The notes under the pieces are model-generated. The model was not told the origin of the DNA. It saw nothing but the letters and a program-made list of their open reading frames with translations, and did no database searches. Positions 6,941-15,249 of a DNA stretch of 16,222 nt are shown piece by piece (position 1 is the stretch's first letter; each line of letters starts with the position of its first letter). Origin of the DNA: a candidate division WOR-3 bacterium (lineage in GTDB: Bacteria > Hydrothermota > Tepidihabitantia > Tepidihabitantales > DTDR01); contig JBDRVN010000040.1 in NCBI GenBank assembly GCA_039801885.1, forward strand, positions 1 through 16,222. Direction: 5' to 3'. Both the position numbers and the translations under genes were made by a program.

Positions 6941-8386
6941 TTATTTTTGAGTTAATGGTATTAAAACATAAAAAGTTGTTCCCTTTTCCTCATTACTTTC
7001 TACCCAAATATTTCCTTTATGTAATTTAATAATATTTTTAACAATTGTTAAACCCAAACCAATTCCTTTAACTCCGGGTTTTAACTCAACCTTTTCAAAT
7101 TTTTCAAAAATCTTTTCTTGATACTCTTTCGGAATTGCCGGTCCTTGGTTGTTAACTCCGATGAGCAAATAAGGTAAATTGAATTTCACTTTTCTCTCTT
7201 TTAAAACTGCTGAATTGGGTTCAATTTTCTGCAATGAAACTATTATTTTATTGTTTTCCGGTGAATATTTAATAGCATTATCCAGAAGATTACTAATTAC
7301 TGAGGAAAAACGATCCGGATCAACTTCTACTTTTATTTGGTAAGCAGGATATTTTTTTTCAATCTTAATACCCTTCTTTTGAAGAAAGATGTTAAAACGT
7401 TCTATTGTTTTGTTAATTAATTGTTGAATATCAATTGGCTGAAAATTTAATCTTATTTTCCCAGTTTCTAAACGGGAAACCTCGATTAAATTGTCAATCA
7501 AATGAAAGAGGCGCATTATTTCTTCCAAGATAATGTTAAAAAACCTTTCTCCCTCTTTGGGTAATTTATCTTTAACCATTTCTTTAATAATTGTCGCTGC
7601 TTCTTTAATAGTTGTTAAAGGACTTCTCAAATCATGGGAAACCATGGCAAAATAATCGGTCTTTAATTTTTCTAATTCCTTTAAATGAGTAATGTCGCGG
7701 AAAAACAAAATTAAAGAATCAACACCATTTTTTGTTACCGGAACGATTCTCAATTCGGTATCAATTTCAAAATTATTTTTGTGAATAATTTTTACTCCAA
7801 AATGGAGCGGTGAAAAAATATTTTCTGGTTTCTCAATTATGGAAGTTATTTTCTCTTTGTCTTGGGAACTAATCAATTCAAAGAAATTTATTTTTTTAAG
7901 TTCTTCTTCGGAATAACCGGTTAGTTCTTCTAATCGGCGGTTAGCGAGAGTAATTTTTTTCTCTTTTAATATACAGATTCCGTCAATAGCATTTTCCATA
8001 ATTTCGTGATAAATATTTGTCGAAATGGCGATTTCCCTTTCTAATTCTTTCTCTTTTTCTAAAGTAAAAAAGGCAAGAAGATAGCCCAACATTTCTTTTT
8101 CTTTTGCCACTGGTGAAAAGAAACAGCGAATGGGTAAATAATTTATTTTAATACGAAAATCGAGAGAGAAATTGCGATTATTATTTTCCCGAAAATATTC
8201 TTCTACCCATCTTTTATCTTCTTCGACGATTATTTCCGACCAATTTTTATTGATTAAATTAGCTTCTGGTAATTGAGAAAGAGAAAAAAAACTTTTATTA
8301 GCAAATTTTATAATCCCTTCTTTATTAAGATAAATAAAACCAAATTGTAAAGAATTACCAAAAATATTTAAAAAATCTTCCAGCAT
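6941..8386 (-). CDS. Cytoplasmic PAS-domain sensor histidine kinase
   Basis: Two PAS-like domains (IKFANKSF; ANRRLEELTGYSEEEL...FRDIT), H box SHDLRSPL, N box NLLDNAIKYS, F box IFEKF, G2 GIGLGL. No transmembrane segment. Confidence 0.93.
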   Translation of the reverse strand: MLEDFLNIFGNSLQFGFIYLNKEGIIKFANKSFFSLSQLPEANLINKNWSEIIVEEDKRWVEEYFRENNNRNFSLDFRIKINYLPIRCFFSPVAKEKEMLGYLLAFFTLEKEKELEREIAISTNIYHEIMENAIDGICILKEKKITLANRRLEELTGYSEEELKKINFFELISSQDKEKITSIIEKPENIFSPLHFGVKIIHKNNFEIDTELRIVPVTKNGVDSLILFFRDITHLKELEKLKTDYFAMVSHDLRSPLTTIKEAATIIKEMVKDKLPKEGERFFNIILEEIMRLFHLIDNLIEVSRLETGKIRLNFQPIDIQQLINKTIERFNIFLQKKGIKIEKKYPAYQIKVEVDPDRFSSVISNLLDNAIKYSPENNKIIVSLQKIEPNSAVLKERKVKFNLPYLLIGVNNQGPAIPKEYQEKIFEKFEKVELKPGVKGIGLGLTIVKNIIKLHKGNIWVESNEEKGTTFYVLIPLTQK

Positions 8387-8395
8387 TTTAATTTA

Positions 8396-8424
8396 ATTTT
8401 AAAAATAAATTGCCTAAAAATCAA
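8396..8424 (-). promoter_or_regulatory. Putative sigma70-type promoter of the kinase operon (near-leaderless)
   Basis: Minus strand TTGATT (8424-8419), N17, TAAAAT (8401-8396), 9 nt, ATG. No SD. Confidence 0.55.
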
Positions 8425-8427
8425 TAT

Positions 8428-10077
8428 TTATTTAATAATTACCAATTTTTTAATTTTTTTATTTTCTTTAATAAAATATATTCCTTTTTTTAGATTTCCT
8501 TTTTTTACTTCTTGACCACTGGTATTAAAAATTTTGTTTCCGTAAATTTTTTTTACTTTTATTTTATATTTATAGTTTTCAGAATCTTTAATACTGCTGG
8601 CGATGCCAATGGCAAAGGGACGGTTAGTTAATGCCGAAACAGTATCGGTGGAAGTAATTAAAGTAAATTTTAAATAGCAGTTATTACTTATAAGATTAGG
8701 GATTCGCCATTGATAAAAGCCGGTATTAGGAAAAGAGTCGACAACAGTGGTAAATGGTCCGTTAGGTCCGTTTTGGGAAAATTCAATCTTCACAAAAGAA
8801 GGGTTTTGGGGATGATTGGGTACAGATGAGAGCCATTTGATAAAATTGACTGAGTTAGGTTGAAATCTTTCATAACCTTTAGGAAAAACTGGAAAGATAT
8901 TTAAATTTTCTGGTATTGATGTCTCTTTAAAAAATCTTGCCCGATTTCGGTCATTGGGCCAAGTTCCCTCTCTTGCTACTAAAATTATATCCGGATAGCC
9001 ATTATGGTCACAATCACCACCAACTTTTAATTCTTGTCCGGTTCCCGGAGAGGGAGTATTAATCGTTACTGTTTCCTGCCAATTGCCTCTACCATTACCT
9101 AAATATATTTTCAAAACTCCATTACCTTGGGCAACAACATCAATAAATCCATCGAGATTCATATCAAAAAGTTGGATTCTCTGATAAGAACCAGTAGAGG
9201 GTAAATTACCAGAGAAATTCTCCCAACTATCTCCTTCTTCATTAAAAATCCAAACTTCAATACCACCTTGCGGATTAATGAATCCTAAATCCATACCACC
9301 ATCATTATCCAAATCGTTTAAAGCAACGCTATAATAATAGTAATTACCAGGAGAGGGTAAATTTCGGTGGGCTAAAATAAAATTACCTGTTCCATCACCA
9401 AAATAAACACTACCAAATTGATGAGCAACCGCAAAATCTATATTACCATCTTTATTAATATCACCAAAGACAAAATCCATATTGGAATTGCCACCGATAA
9501 AACCAAAACTCCTTCGCCAAGTTCCATTACCCAAATTTAAATAAATATGAATTCCGTCATCGGCACCAAAAGAATTAGCACCGATATCTAAAAGCCCATC
9601 ATTATTAATATCGGCAAAATCGGTAGAGAACATTCCCCAATCTTGACCATTGGTTGCTAAACTATCATCCCAAGGAAGCCAGTTTCTGCCGGTTCCGTCA
9701 CCTAAGGCAACTTCCATTAATTGGTCACCAAAATCATTTCCTGAATAATTGTGATGCATTCCGTAACCAACGTCTAAAAAACCGTCATTATTGACATCGC
9801 CATAGGCAATTCCTCCGTAACCAAAATCACCATTCATATAAACCTGCCAATTCCCTCGACCATCACCAAACCAAACCATAATGCCATGTTGGTCAGTGTT
9901 GATATAAGGAGAGCCGTGATCACCTATTGAGATTAAATCTAAATTGCCATCACAATTAATGTCAACCATTTCTATTTCCAATCTACCACCTTCCAAATTT
10001 GGAGGAATTAAACCATTGGAAGATTCTTGGTATTCTAAATTAAAAAGCAAATTAAAAATTATTAAGAATATCTTCAT
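8428..10077 (-). CDS. Secreted FG-GAP/VCBS repeat beta-propeller protein with short T9SS-like C-terminal tail
   Basis: Signal-like N terminus, about 7 DxNxDGxxD repeats paired with GDGxGNW/F motifs, an Ig-like domain (PKGYERF...IKW...PNTGFYQWRIP), tail KIFNTSGQEV...LKKGIYF...KKLVIIK. Confidence 0.88.
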   Translation of the reverse strand: MKIFLIIFNLLFNLEYQESSNGLIPPNLEGGRLEIEMVDINCDGNLDLISIGDHGSPYINTDQHGIMVWFGDGRGNWQVYMNGDFGYGGIAYGDVNNDGFLDVGYGMHHNYSGNDFGDQLMEVALGDGTGRNWLPWDDSLATNGQDWGMFSTDFADINNDGLLDIGANSFGADDGIHIYLNLGNGTWRRSFGFIGGNSNMDFVFGDINKDGNIDFAVAHQFGSVYFGDGTGNFILAHRNLPSPGNYYYYSVALNDLDNDGGMDLGFINPQGGIEVWIFNEEGDSWENFSGNLPSTGSYQRIQLFDMNLDGFIDVVAQGNGVLKIYLGNGRGNWQETVTINTPSPGTGQELKVGGDCDHNGYPDIILVAREGTWPNDRNRARFFKETSIPENLNIFPVFPKGYERFQPNSVNFIKWLSSVPNHPQNPSFVKIEFSQNGPNGPFTTVVDSFPNTGFYQWRIPNLISNNCYLKFTLITSTDTVSALTNRPFAIGIASSIKDSENYKYKIKVKKIYGNKIFNTSGQEVKKGNLKKGIYFIKENKKIKKLVIIK

Positions 10078-10144
10078 AAATTAATTATAAATTAATTATA
10101 AAAGAATATTTGCAAAAATTCAATAAATTATTATAATAAAAACT
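10078..10144. promoter_or_regulatory. Compact divergent promoter region (FG-GAP gene and hppA)
   Basis: Plus strand: TTGCAA (10110-10115), N16, TATAAT (10132-10137), 7 nt, ATG. Minus strand: TTGAAT (10123-10118), N17, TATAAT (10100-10095), plus a second TATAAT (10089-10084) 6 nt before the ATG. Confidence 0.65.
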
Positions 10145-12241
10145 ATGAATATTTGGTATTATTTTGCACCAATTAGTTCAATTGTCGCAATTTTATTTGT
10201 AATTTTTTTAATTCTCAAAATCCTTAAAGAAGATGAGGGCGAACCAGAAATGCGCAGAATTGCCGAAGCGGTTAGGGAAGGTGCTACCGCCTATTTAAAA
10301 AGACAGTATCAAGTGGTGAGTATTTATTTCGTAGTTCTTTTCATTATCTTGCTTTATTTAGCCTTAAATAAAATGTTACCAATTTTTGTTCCTTTTGCCT
10401 TTATTACTGGTGGTTTTTTCTCTGGATTAGCGGGATTTATTGGAATGTCAATAGGAGTTCGTTCTTCAGCAAGAACAACCAATGCTTGTAAAAGGTCATT
10501 AAATGCTGGATTAAGAATTGCTTTTTCTTCTGGGATGGTAATGGGTTTAGTGGTCGTAGGGCTTGCCTTGTTAGATTTAGCGATTTGGTATTTTATTCTT
10601 TCTAAGGTTTATCAATCATTAGAAGTGGCTATCCGGATGGAAAAGATTACTTCTACAATGCTTGGATTTGGCATCGGAGCTTCTTCTCAAGCATTATTTG
10701 CTAGGGTTGGTGGTGGAATTTATACAAAGGCTGCCGATGTCGGTGCCGATTTAGTTGGTAAAGTAGAAGTAGGAATTCCGGAAGATGACCCAAGAAATCC
10801 AGCAGTGATTGCCGATAATGTTGGTGATAATGTTGGTGATATTGCCGGAATGGGAGCTGATTTATACGAATCTTATGTTGGTTCAATCGTAGCAACAATG
10901 GCTTTATCGGTCGCTGCCGGATTAAAAGAGAATGGTGTTTTATTACCTTTAGTAATCGCGGGTATTGGAACAATCTCTTCAATTATTGGTTATTTTTTTG
11001 TTCAAGCAGAAGAAAAGGCAAGTCAAAAAGTTTTGCTTGCTGCTTTGCGAAGAGGAATTTATTTAACAACTTTTTTTGTTGCTTTCTTCTCTTATTTTGC
11101 AGTTAAATCAGTTCTGGGTAATAACTATGTGAATATCTATTGGGCAATTCTTACTGGTTTATTAGCAGGAGTTGGTATTGGTTTCTTTACCGAATTTTTC
11201 ACCTCGGATGCTTATTTTCCCACAAGGGGTTTAGCTTCGGCATCCACTGCTTCGCCAGCAACAGTAATTATTGAAGGCATTTCTGTCGGAATGTTATCCA
11301 CTTTAGCAATTGTAATTATTATTGCTTGTGGAGTGATCAGTAGTTTTTATTTGAGCGGCGGTTTTTATAATTTTTCTTTAGGACTCTATGGAATTGGTAT
11401 TTCAGCGGTTAGTATGCTTTCTACTTTAGGTATAACTTTAGCGAGCGATGCCTATGGTCCGGTAGCGGATAATGCCGGAGGAAATGCCGAGATGTCCCAT
11501 CAGCCATCTTATGTGAGAGAAAGAACCGATGCCTTAGATGCTTTGGGAAATACCACAGCGGCAACCGGTAAAGGATTTGCTATTGGCTCTGCTGCATTAA
11601 CTGCTTTAGCTTTGATTGCTTCTTATCGTGATGAGGTGAGAATTGTTAGTGAAGGCAAAAAAGTATTAGACTTATTTCTTTTAAATCCCCGATTGATAAC
11701 TGGAATATTTATTGGAGCAATGCTTCCTTATGCTTTTGCCTCAATGATTATGAAAGCGGTAGGTAGAGCAGCCCAAAAAATTGTTGAAGAAGTAAGAAGA
11801 CAGTTTCGGGAGATTATCGGTCTATTAGAAGGAAAAGCAAAACCTGATTATGGCAAGGCGGTTTCTATTTGTACGAAAGCAGCCCAAAAAGAGATGATTT
11901 TGCCAGCTTTAATGGCAATTATTGCACCAATTCTTGTTGGTATTTTTTTGGGAGTAGAAGGAGTTTGTGGTCTTTTAGTTGGTGCCTTAACTGCTGGTTT
12001 TGTTTGTGCGGTAATGATGGCAAATGCCGGTGCCTCATGGGATAATGCCAAAAAATATATTGAAAAGGGAAATTTGGGTGGTAAGGGTTCGCAAGCTCAT
12101 AAGGCAGCCGTGGTTGGCGATACTGTTGGCGATCCTTTTAAAGATGCTGCTGGTCCTTCGCTTAATATTTTAATTAAATTGATGTCAATGATTTCAATTG
12201 TCTTTTTGGGATTTATCTTGCGCTACTCGCTATTTAAATAA
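10145..12241 (+). CDS. hppA: Membrane-bound K+-dependent cation-translocating pyrophosphatase (Na+ or Na+/H+)
   Basis: GGGIYTKAADVGADLVGKVEVGIPEDDPRNP, DNVGDNVGDIAGMGADLYESY, DAYGPVADNAGG, GNTTAATGKGFAIGSA (Ala at the K+-dependence site), WDNAKK, GDTVGDPFKD. Many transmembrane helices. Confidence 0.97.
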   Translation: MNIWYYFAPISSIVAILFVIFLILKILKEDEGEPEMRRIAEAVREGATAYLKRQYQVVSIYFVVLFIILLYLALNKMLPIFVPFAFITGGFFSGLAGFIGMSIGVRSSARTTNACKRSLNAGLRIAFSSGMVMGLVVVGLALLDLAIWYFILSKVYQSLEVAIRMEKITSTMLGFGIGASSQALFARVGGGIYTKAADVGADLVGKVEVGIPEDDPRNPAVIADNVGDNVGDIAGMGADLYESYVGSIVATMALSVAAGLKENGVLLPLVIAGIGTISSIIGYFFVQAEEKASQKVLLAALRRGIYLTTFFVAFFSYFAVKSVLGNNYVNIYWAILTGLLAGVGIGFFTEFFTSDAYFPTRGLASASTASPATVIIEGISVGMLSTLAIVIIIACGVISSFYLSGGFYNFSLGLYGIGISAVSMLSTLGITLASDAYGPVADNAGGNAEMSHQPSYVRERTDALDALGNTTAATGKGFAIGSAALTALALIASYRDEVRIVSEGKKVLDLFLLNPRLITGIFIGAMLPYAFASMIMKAVGRAAQKIVEEVRRQFREIIGLLEGKAKPDYGKAVSICTKAAQKEMILPALMAIIAPILVGIFLGVEGVCGLLVGALTAGFVCAVMMANAGASWDNAKKYIEKGNLGGKGSQAHKAAVVGDTVGDPFKDAAGPSLNILIKLMSMISIVFLGFILRYSLFK

Positions 12242-14636
12242 TTTCCATTCCCTTATAGCGGTCTTTTAATTCCTGCTTTTTCCCTTTATTCCAAGCAGAA
12301 ACCCGAGAAAAATAACCAGTTACTCTTGTTATATGGTCAACATTTTTTGATTGGCAATAAGGACAAGCTTGTCTTAACCCACGCATAGTCTTTAGACAGG
12401 TATTACAGGTAGTAAATTCTGGCGAGAATGCAATTTGAGCATTTCTTGTGTGGTAAAAAGTTTTAATCACAAAATTGTTAATACTTTCTTTTGGTGGTTT
12501 GGTATCTGCTAACCAGATATGGGTTAAAGCACCGGCTTCAATCAAATCGTGAAATTTGCCTTCTTTATAAACCCTTTCCATTGGAGGAATTGGTAAGCCA
12601 ATGTTCAAATAAGTAGAATTAGTATAATAAATGCTATCTTTAGAGATACTACCTTTAACAACCCTTTTTGTTTGGTTGGGATAATATTCCATATCTAATT
12701 TAGCAAGACGATAGGCACAACTTTCTGCCGGTGTTTGTTCCAAAACAAAACGCATATTAAAAATTTTGGAATATTTATCGCAAAGAGACTTAAGGTAGGC
12801 AATTATCTTTAAACCAAATTTGAAAGCTTCTTCATCATCGGATAATTCTTTTCCCAAATGATATTGAACCATCTCATTCAGTCCCAAAATTCCAATAAGA
12901 TAAGTAACCCGGTGCATTCGTAAATAAGGTTCGCCATCTCTTTCCATTGCTAATAGGGCTAAAGGACCTTCCTCCTTTAATCTTAATAGACTTTCTAAGA
13001 ATTTCTTTTTTTGGATATGGGCATTGATTGCTAATTCAAAGAATTCTTTTATTTTATTAAAAAGTATTTCCTCATTATGATTAGCAAGATAGGCAATTCT
13101 TGGTAAATTTAAGGTAACATTTTGCAGGGCGCAGTAACGCATCTTCCAGGGCTCACTAGCATCTTTTAAATCTTTTTCATCTAATTTAAAAGCCAGCCGA
13201 CAACATTCGGAAATTTTTGCGGTTTCTCCCCGGTCAAAGACAAAATAGGTATTTCCTTTTTCACTTGCCACTTCGGAAATCAAGGATAGAAATTCTTCAT
13301 AGCCTTCTGTTTGGAAAAATCTTTCGGTGATGTGAACCAAAGGTTTTGGGAAAAAGAAAGGTCGACCACTTCCGTCGCCATCTAAATAAACATAAAAAAT
13401 TGCCTTTAAGAATCTTTGGGCTTCTTTTAAATAATCTTTATAAGTCTTACCAGTGTATTCACCACCCGGACCGATTGCCGGTGTATTTTCAAAATGTTTA
13501 GGAATTTCCCAATATAGATTTAAATCAGAAAAGATTGCTTGACCACCACGAGCAACATTTTGTTGGGAATATTCAAAAATAAGCATTTGAGCAAGTTGAT
13601 ATAAGTCTTTATCGGACATCCCTACTAAAAAAGGAGCAAAAAAGATATTTACCGCGTCCCAACCAATCGCACCGGCAAAATGACCTTGCAGAGCAGCAGA
13701 AAATTTTACCATATGGGCTAAAAGAGTTTCCGGATGTTTAGCAGGTTTGGCAATAGATAAGGCACCGGGTAGGGAAAGCCCAAATTTTTTTACATATTCT
13801 ACTGATTGTCCGGAACAATAAGGTCGATTGATGAAGCCCAAATCGTGAATATGAATATCACCACGAATATGGGCTTCCGCCACATCGGGGCTATAAACCA
13901 TTTCTAAAGCATATTGTTTATTAATTGCTTCCGCTAAAGTTAGATTAGTTCCTTCCGGACAGTGAGGAGTATTGGCATTTTCTTTGTTCCGATAAAATAA
14001 AATTCTTTCGACATCATATAAAGGAATTCCTAATCTTTGGTGTCTCTTTCTTATTTCAAACAACCCTTTTTCAATCAATTTGGCATTTACTAATTCTCTA
14101 ATTAAATTACTGGTTATTATTTTGGGCTGGGCTTTTTTAATAAATTCTTCTATTTCCAAAGCAACTCCTTGGGCACTCTCTTCATCTAAAGAAGTCTCCC
14201 GAACCAAGGCTTTCACGATCTTATTTCTATCCCATTTTTCAATCAATTCTTGGGAAGTTTGGACAAATAAGGCAAAGTCCGTAGATTCCTTTACTTCTTT
14301 AATAAAAGAAAATTGGGTTTGGGTAGTCTCTTTTAAAAATAGTTTTCGTTTATAAAATTCATCATAAGTTTTTAATATATCAAAATAACCATAATAACTC
14401 AAAACTCTTTTTACTGTCTCCCTGATTATTTCCGTAGCAACGATGCCATCGTTTCCATTTTCTTCTTCTAATAGATTGACAATTTCTTTAGTTAATTTTT
14501 TGAAAGATTCTTTTTCGAATTGACCTACTTCGCAGCCAGCATTATAAATACTTTGTAAAATTTTATTGAAGGAAAAAAATTCTTTTCTTTTATCATTCTT
14601 TTCTACATAAATAATACCATTTTTAACCTTTGCCAT
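12234..14636 (-). CDS. nrdD: Anaerobic (class III) ribonucleoside-triphosphate reductase
   Basis: N-terminal ATP-cone-like domains, AHIRGDIHIHDL, RPYC, FFPKP, SECCRL finger loop, VTLNLPR, EQTPAES, YYTNS, Zn site CNTC...CPYC, glycyl-radical loop TRVTGY, WNKGKKQELKDR. Confidence 0.96.
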   Translation of the reverse strand: MAKVKNGIIYVEKNDKRKEFFSFNKILQSIYNAGCEVGQFEKESFKKLTKEIVNLLEEENGNDGIVATEIIRETVKRVLSYYGYFDILKTYDEFYKRKLFLKETTQTQFSFIKEVKESTDFALFVQTSQELIEKWDRNKIVKALVRETSLDEESAQGVALEIEEFIKKAQPKIITSNLIRELVNAKLIEKGLFEIRKRHQRLGIPLYDVERILFYRNKENANTPHCPEGTNLTLAEAINKQYALEMVYSPDVAEAHIRGDIHIHDLGFINRPYCSGQSVEYVKKFGLSLPGALSIAKPAKHPETLLAHMVKFSAALQGHFAGAIGWDAVNIFFAPFLVGMSDKDLYQLAQMLIFEYSQQNVARGGQAIFSDLNLYWEIPKHFENTPAIGPGGEYTGKTYKDYLKEAQRFLKAIFYVYLDGDGSGRPFFFPKPLVHITERFFQTEGYEEFLSLISEVASEKGNTYFVFDRGETAKISECCRLAFKLDEKDLKDASEPWKMRYCALQNVTLNLPRIAYLANHNEEILFNKIKEFFELAINAHIQKKKFLESLLRLKEEGPLALLAMERDGEPYLRMHRVTYLIGILGLNEMVQYHLGKELSDDEEAFKFGLKIIAYLKSLCDKYSKIFNMRFVLEQTPAESCAYRLAKLDMEYYPNQTKRVVKGSISKDSIYYTNSTYLNIGLPIPPMERVYKEGKFHDLIEAGALTHIWLADTKPPKESINNFVIKTFYHTRNAQIAFSPEFTTCNTCLKTMRGLRQACPYCQSKNVDHITRVTGYFSRVSAWNKGKKQELKDRYKGMEII

Positions 14637-15093
14637 TTTCTTCCTCCTTTTTAATCTTTTTTATTTCCCTAATAAATTCATCAATATTTTGAAAATTTTT
14701 ATATACCGAAGCAAATCTTACATAAGCAACTTCGTCAATCTTTTTTAAATAATCTAAAATCCTTTCTCCCAAATATTTGGATTCGACTTCTAATTGATTA
14801 TTGTCAATCATTTCTTTTTCAATTAAATTAACAATCTCCTGAATCTTTTCTTGGGAAATTGGCCTTTTCCGACAGGCAAGGACAATTCCTTTGATTAATT
14901 TTTCCCGATTATAAGGTTCTCGCCGACCATCAGATTTTATTACCATTAAAGGAATCTGCTCAATATACTCAAAAGTAGTAAACCGCTGCCCACAATTCAA
15001 ACACTCTCGCCTTCTTCTAATTGCTTCCCCATTCAAAACCGGTCTCGAATCAATCACCCGGTCATTATCAATATTACAATTAGGACATCTCAT
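14623..15093 (-). CDS. nrdR: Transcriptional repressor NrdR
   Basis: MRCPNC...RVIDSR...IRRRRECLNCGQRFTTFE zinc ribbon, ATP cone VIKSDGRRE, DEVAYVRFASVY. ATG at 15093 is preferred over the TTG at 15099. Overlaps the nrdD start by 14 bp. Confidence 0.97.
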   Translation of the reverse strand: MRCPNCNIDNDRVIDSRPVLNGEAIRRRRECLNCGQRFTTFEYIEQIPLMVIKSDGRREPYNREKLIKGIVLACRKRPISQEKIQEIVNLIEKEMIDNNQLEVESKYLGERILDYLKKIDEVAYVRFASVYKNFQNIDEFIREIKKIKKEEENGKG

Positions 15094-15139
15094 AATCAAT
15101 ATATTGTATTTTTATAAAATATAATACAAAATATTGAAA
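15094..15139 (-). promoter_or_regulatory. Two tandem NrdR boxes
   Basis: Minus strand ataCAATATATTGatt (15109-15094) and tttCAATATTTTGtat (15139-15124), 30 bp apart. Both resemble the NrdR-box consensus acaCwAtATaTwGtgt. Confidence 0.75.
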
Positions 15140-15145
15140 AGTCAA
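15118..15145 (-). promoter_or_regulatory. Putative sigma70-type promoter of nrdR-nrdD
   Basis: TTGACT (15145-15140), N16, TATATT (15123-15118). Same hexamers and spacing as the parA promoter. Confidence 0.6.
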
Positions 15146-15185
15146 TAAGAAAGATATTGGATTTTTTTTAGAGATAATATAACTA

Positions 15186-15204
15186 TTGGCAGAGAGATTG
15201 CCAA
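15186..15204. terminator. Weak hairpin, possible terminator of the SBBP-repeat gene
   Basis: TTGGCA-gagagat-TGCCAA inverted repeat about 45 bp past the stop codon. U-tract is poor. Confidence 0.25.
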
Positions 15205-15249
15205 ATTAGATAATGCAATTATATCATATCCTATAATTTTAACAATTCT

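Noticed and set aside
7130-7160. Histidine kinase as a pseudokinase because G1 reads NQGPAI
   Set aside because: Asn-type G1 boxes occur in active kinases such as CusS-like proteins, and the H, N, F and G2 boxes are intact.
10701-14355. ORFs 10701-10982, 11848-12051 and 14080-14355
   Set aside because: Antisense shadows within hppA and nrdD.
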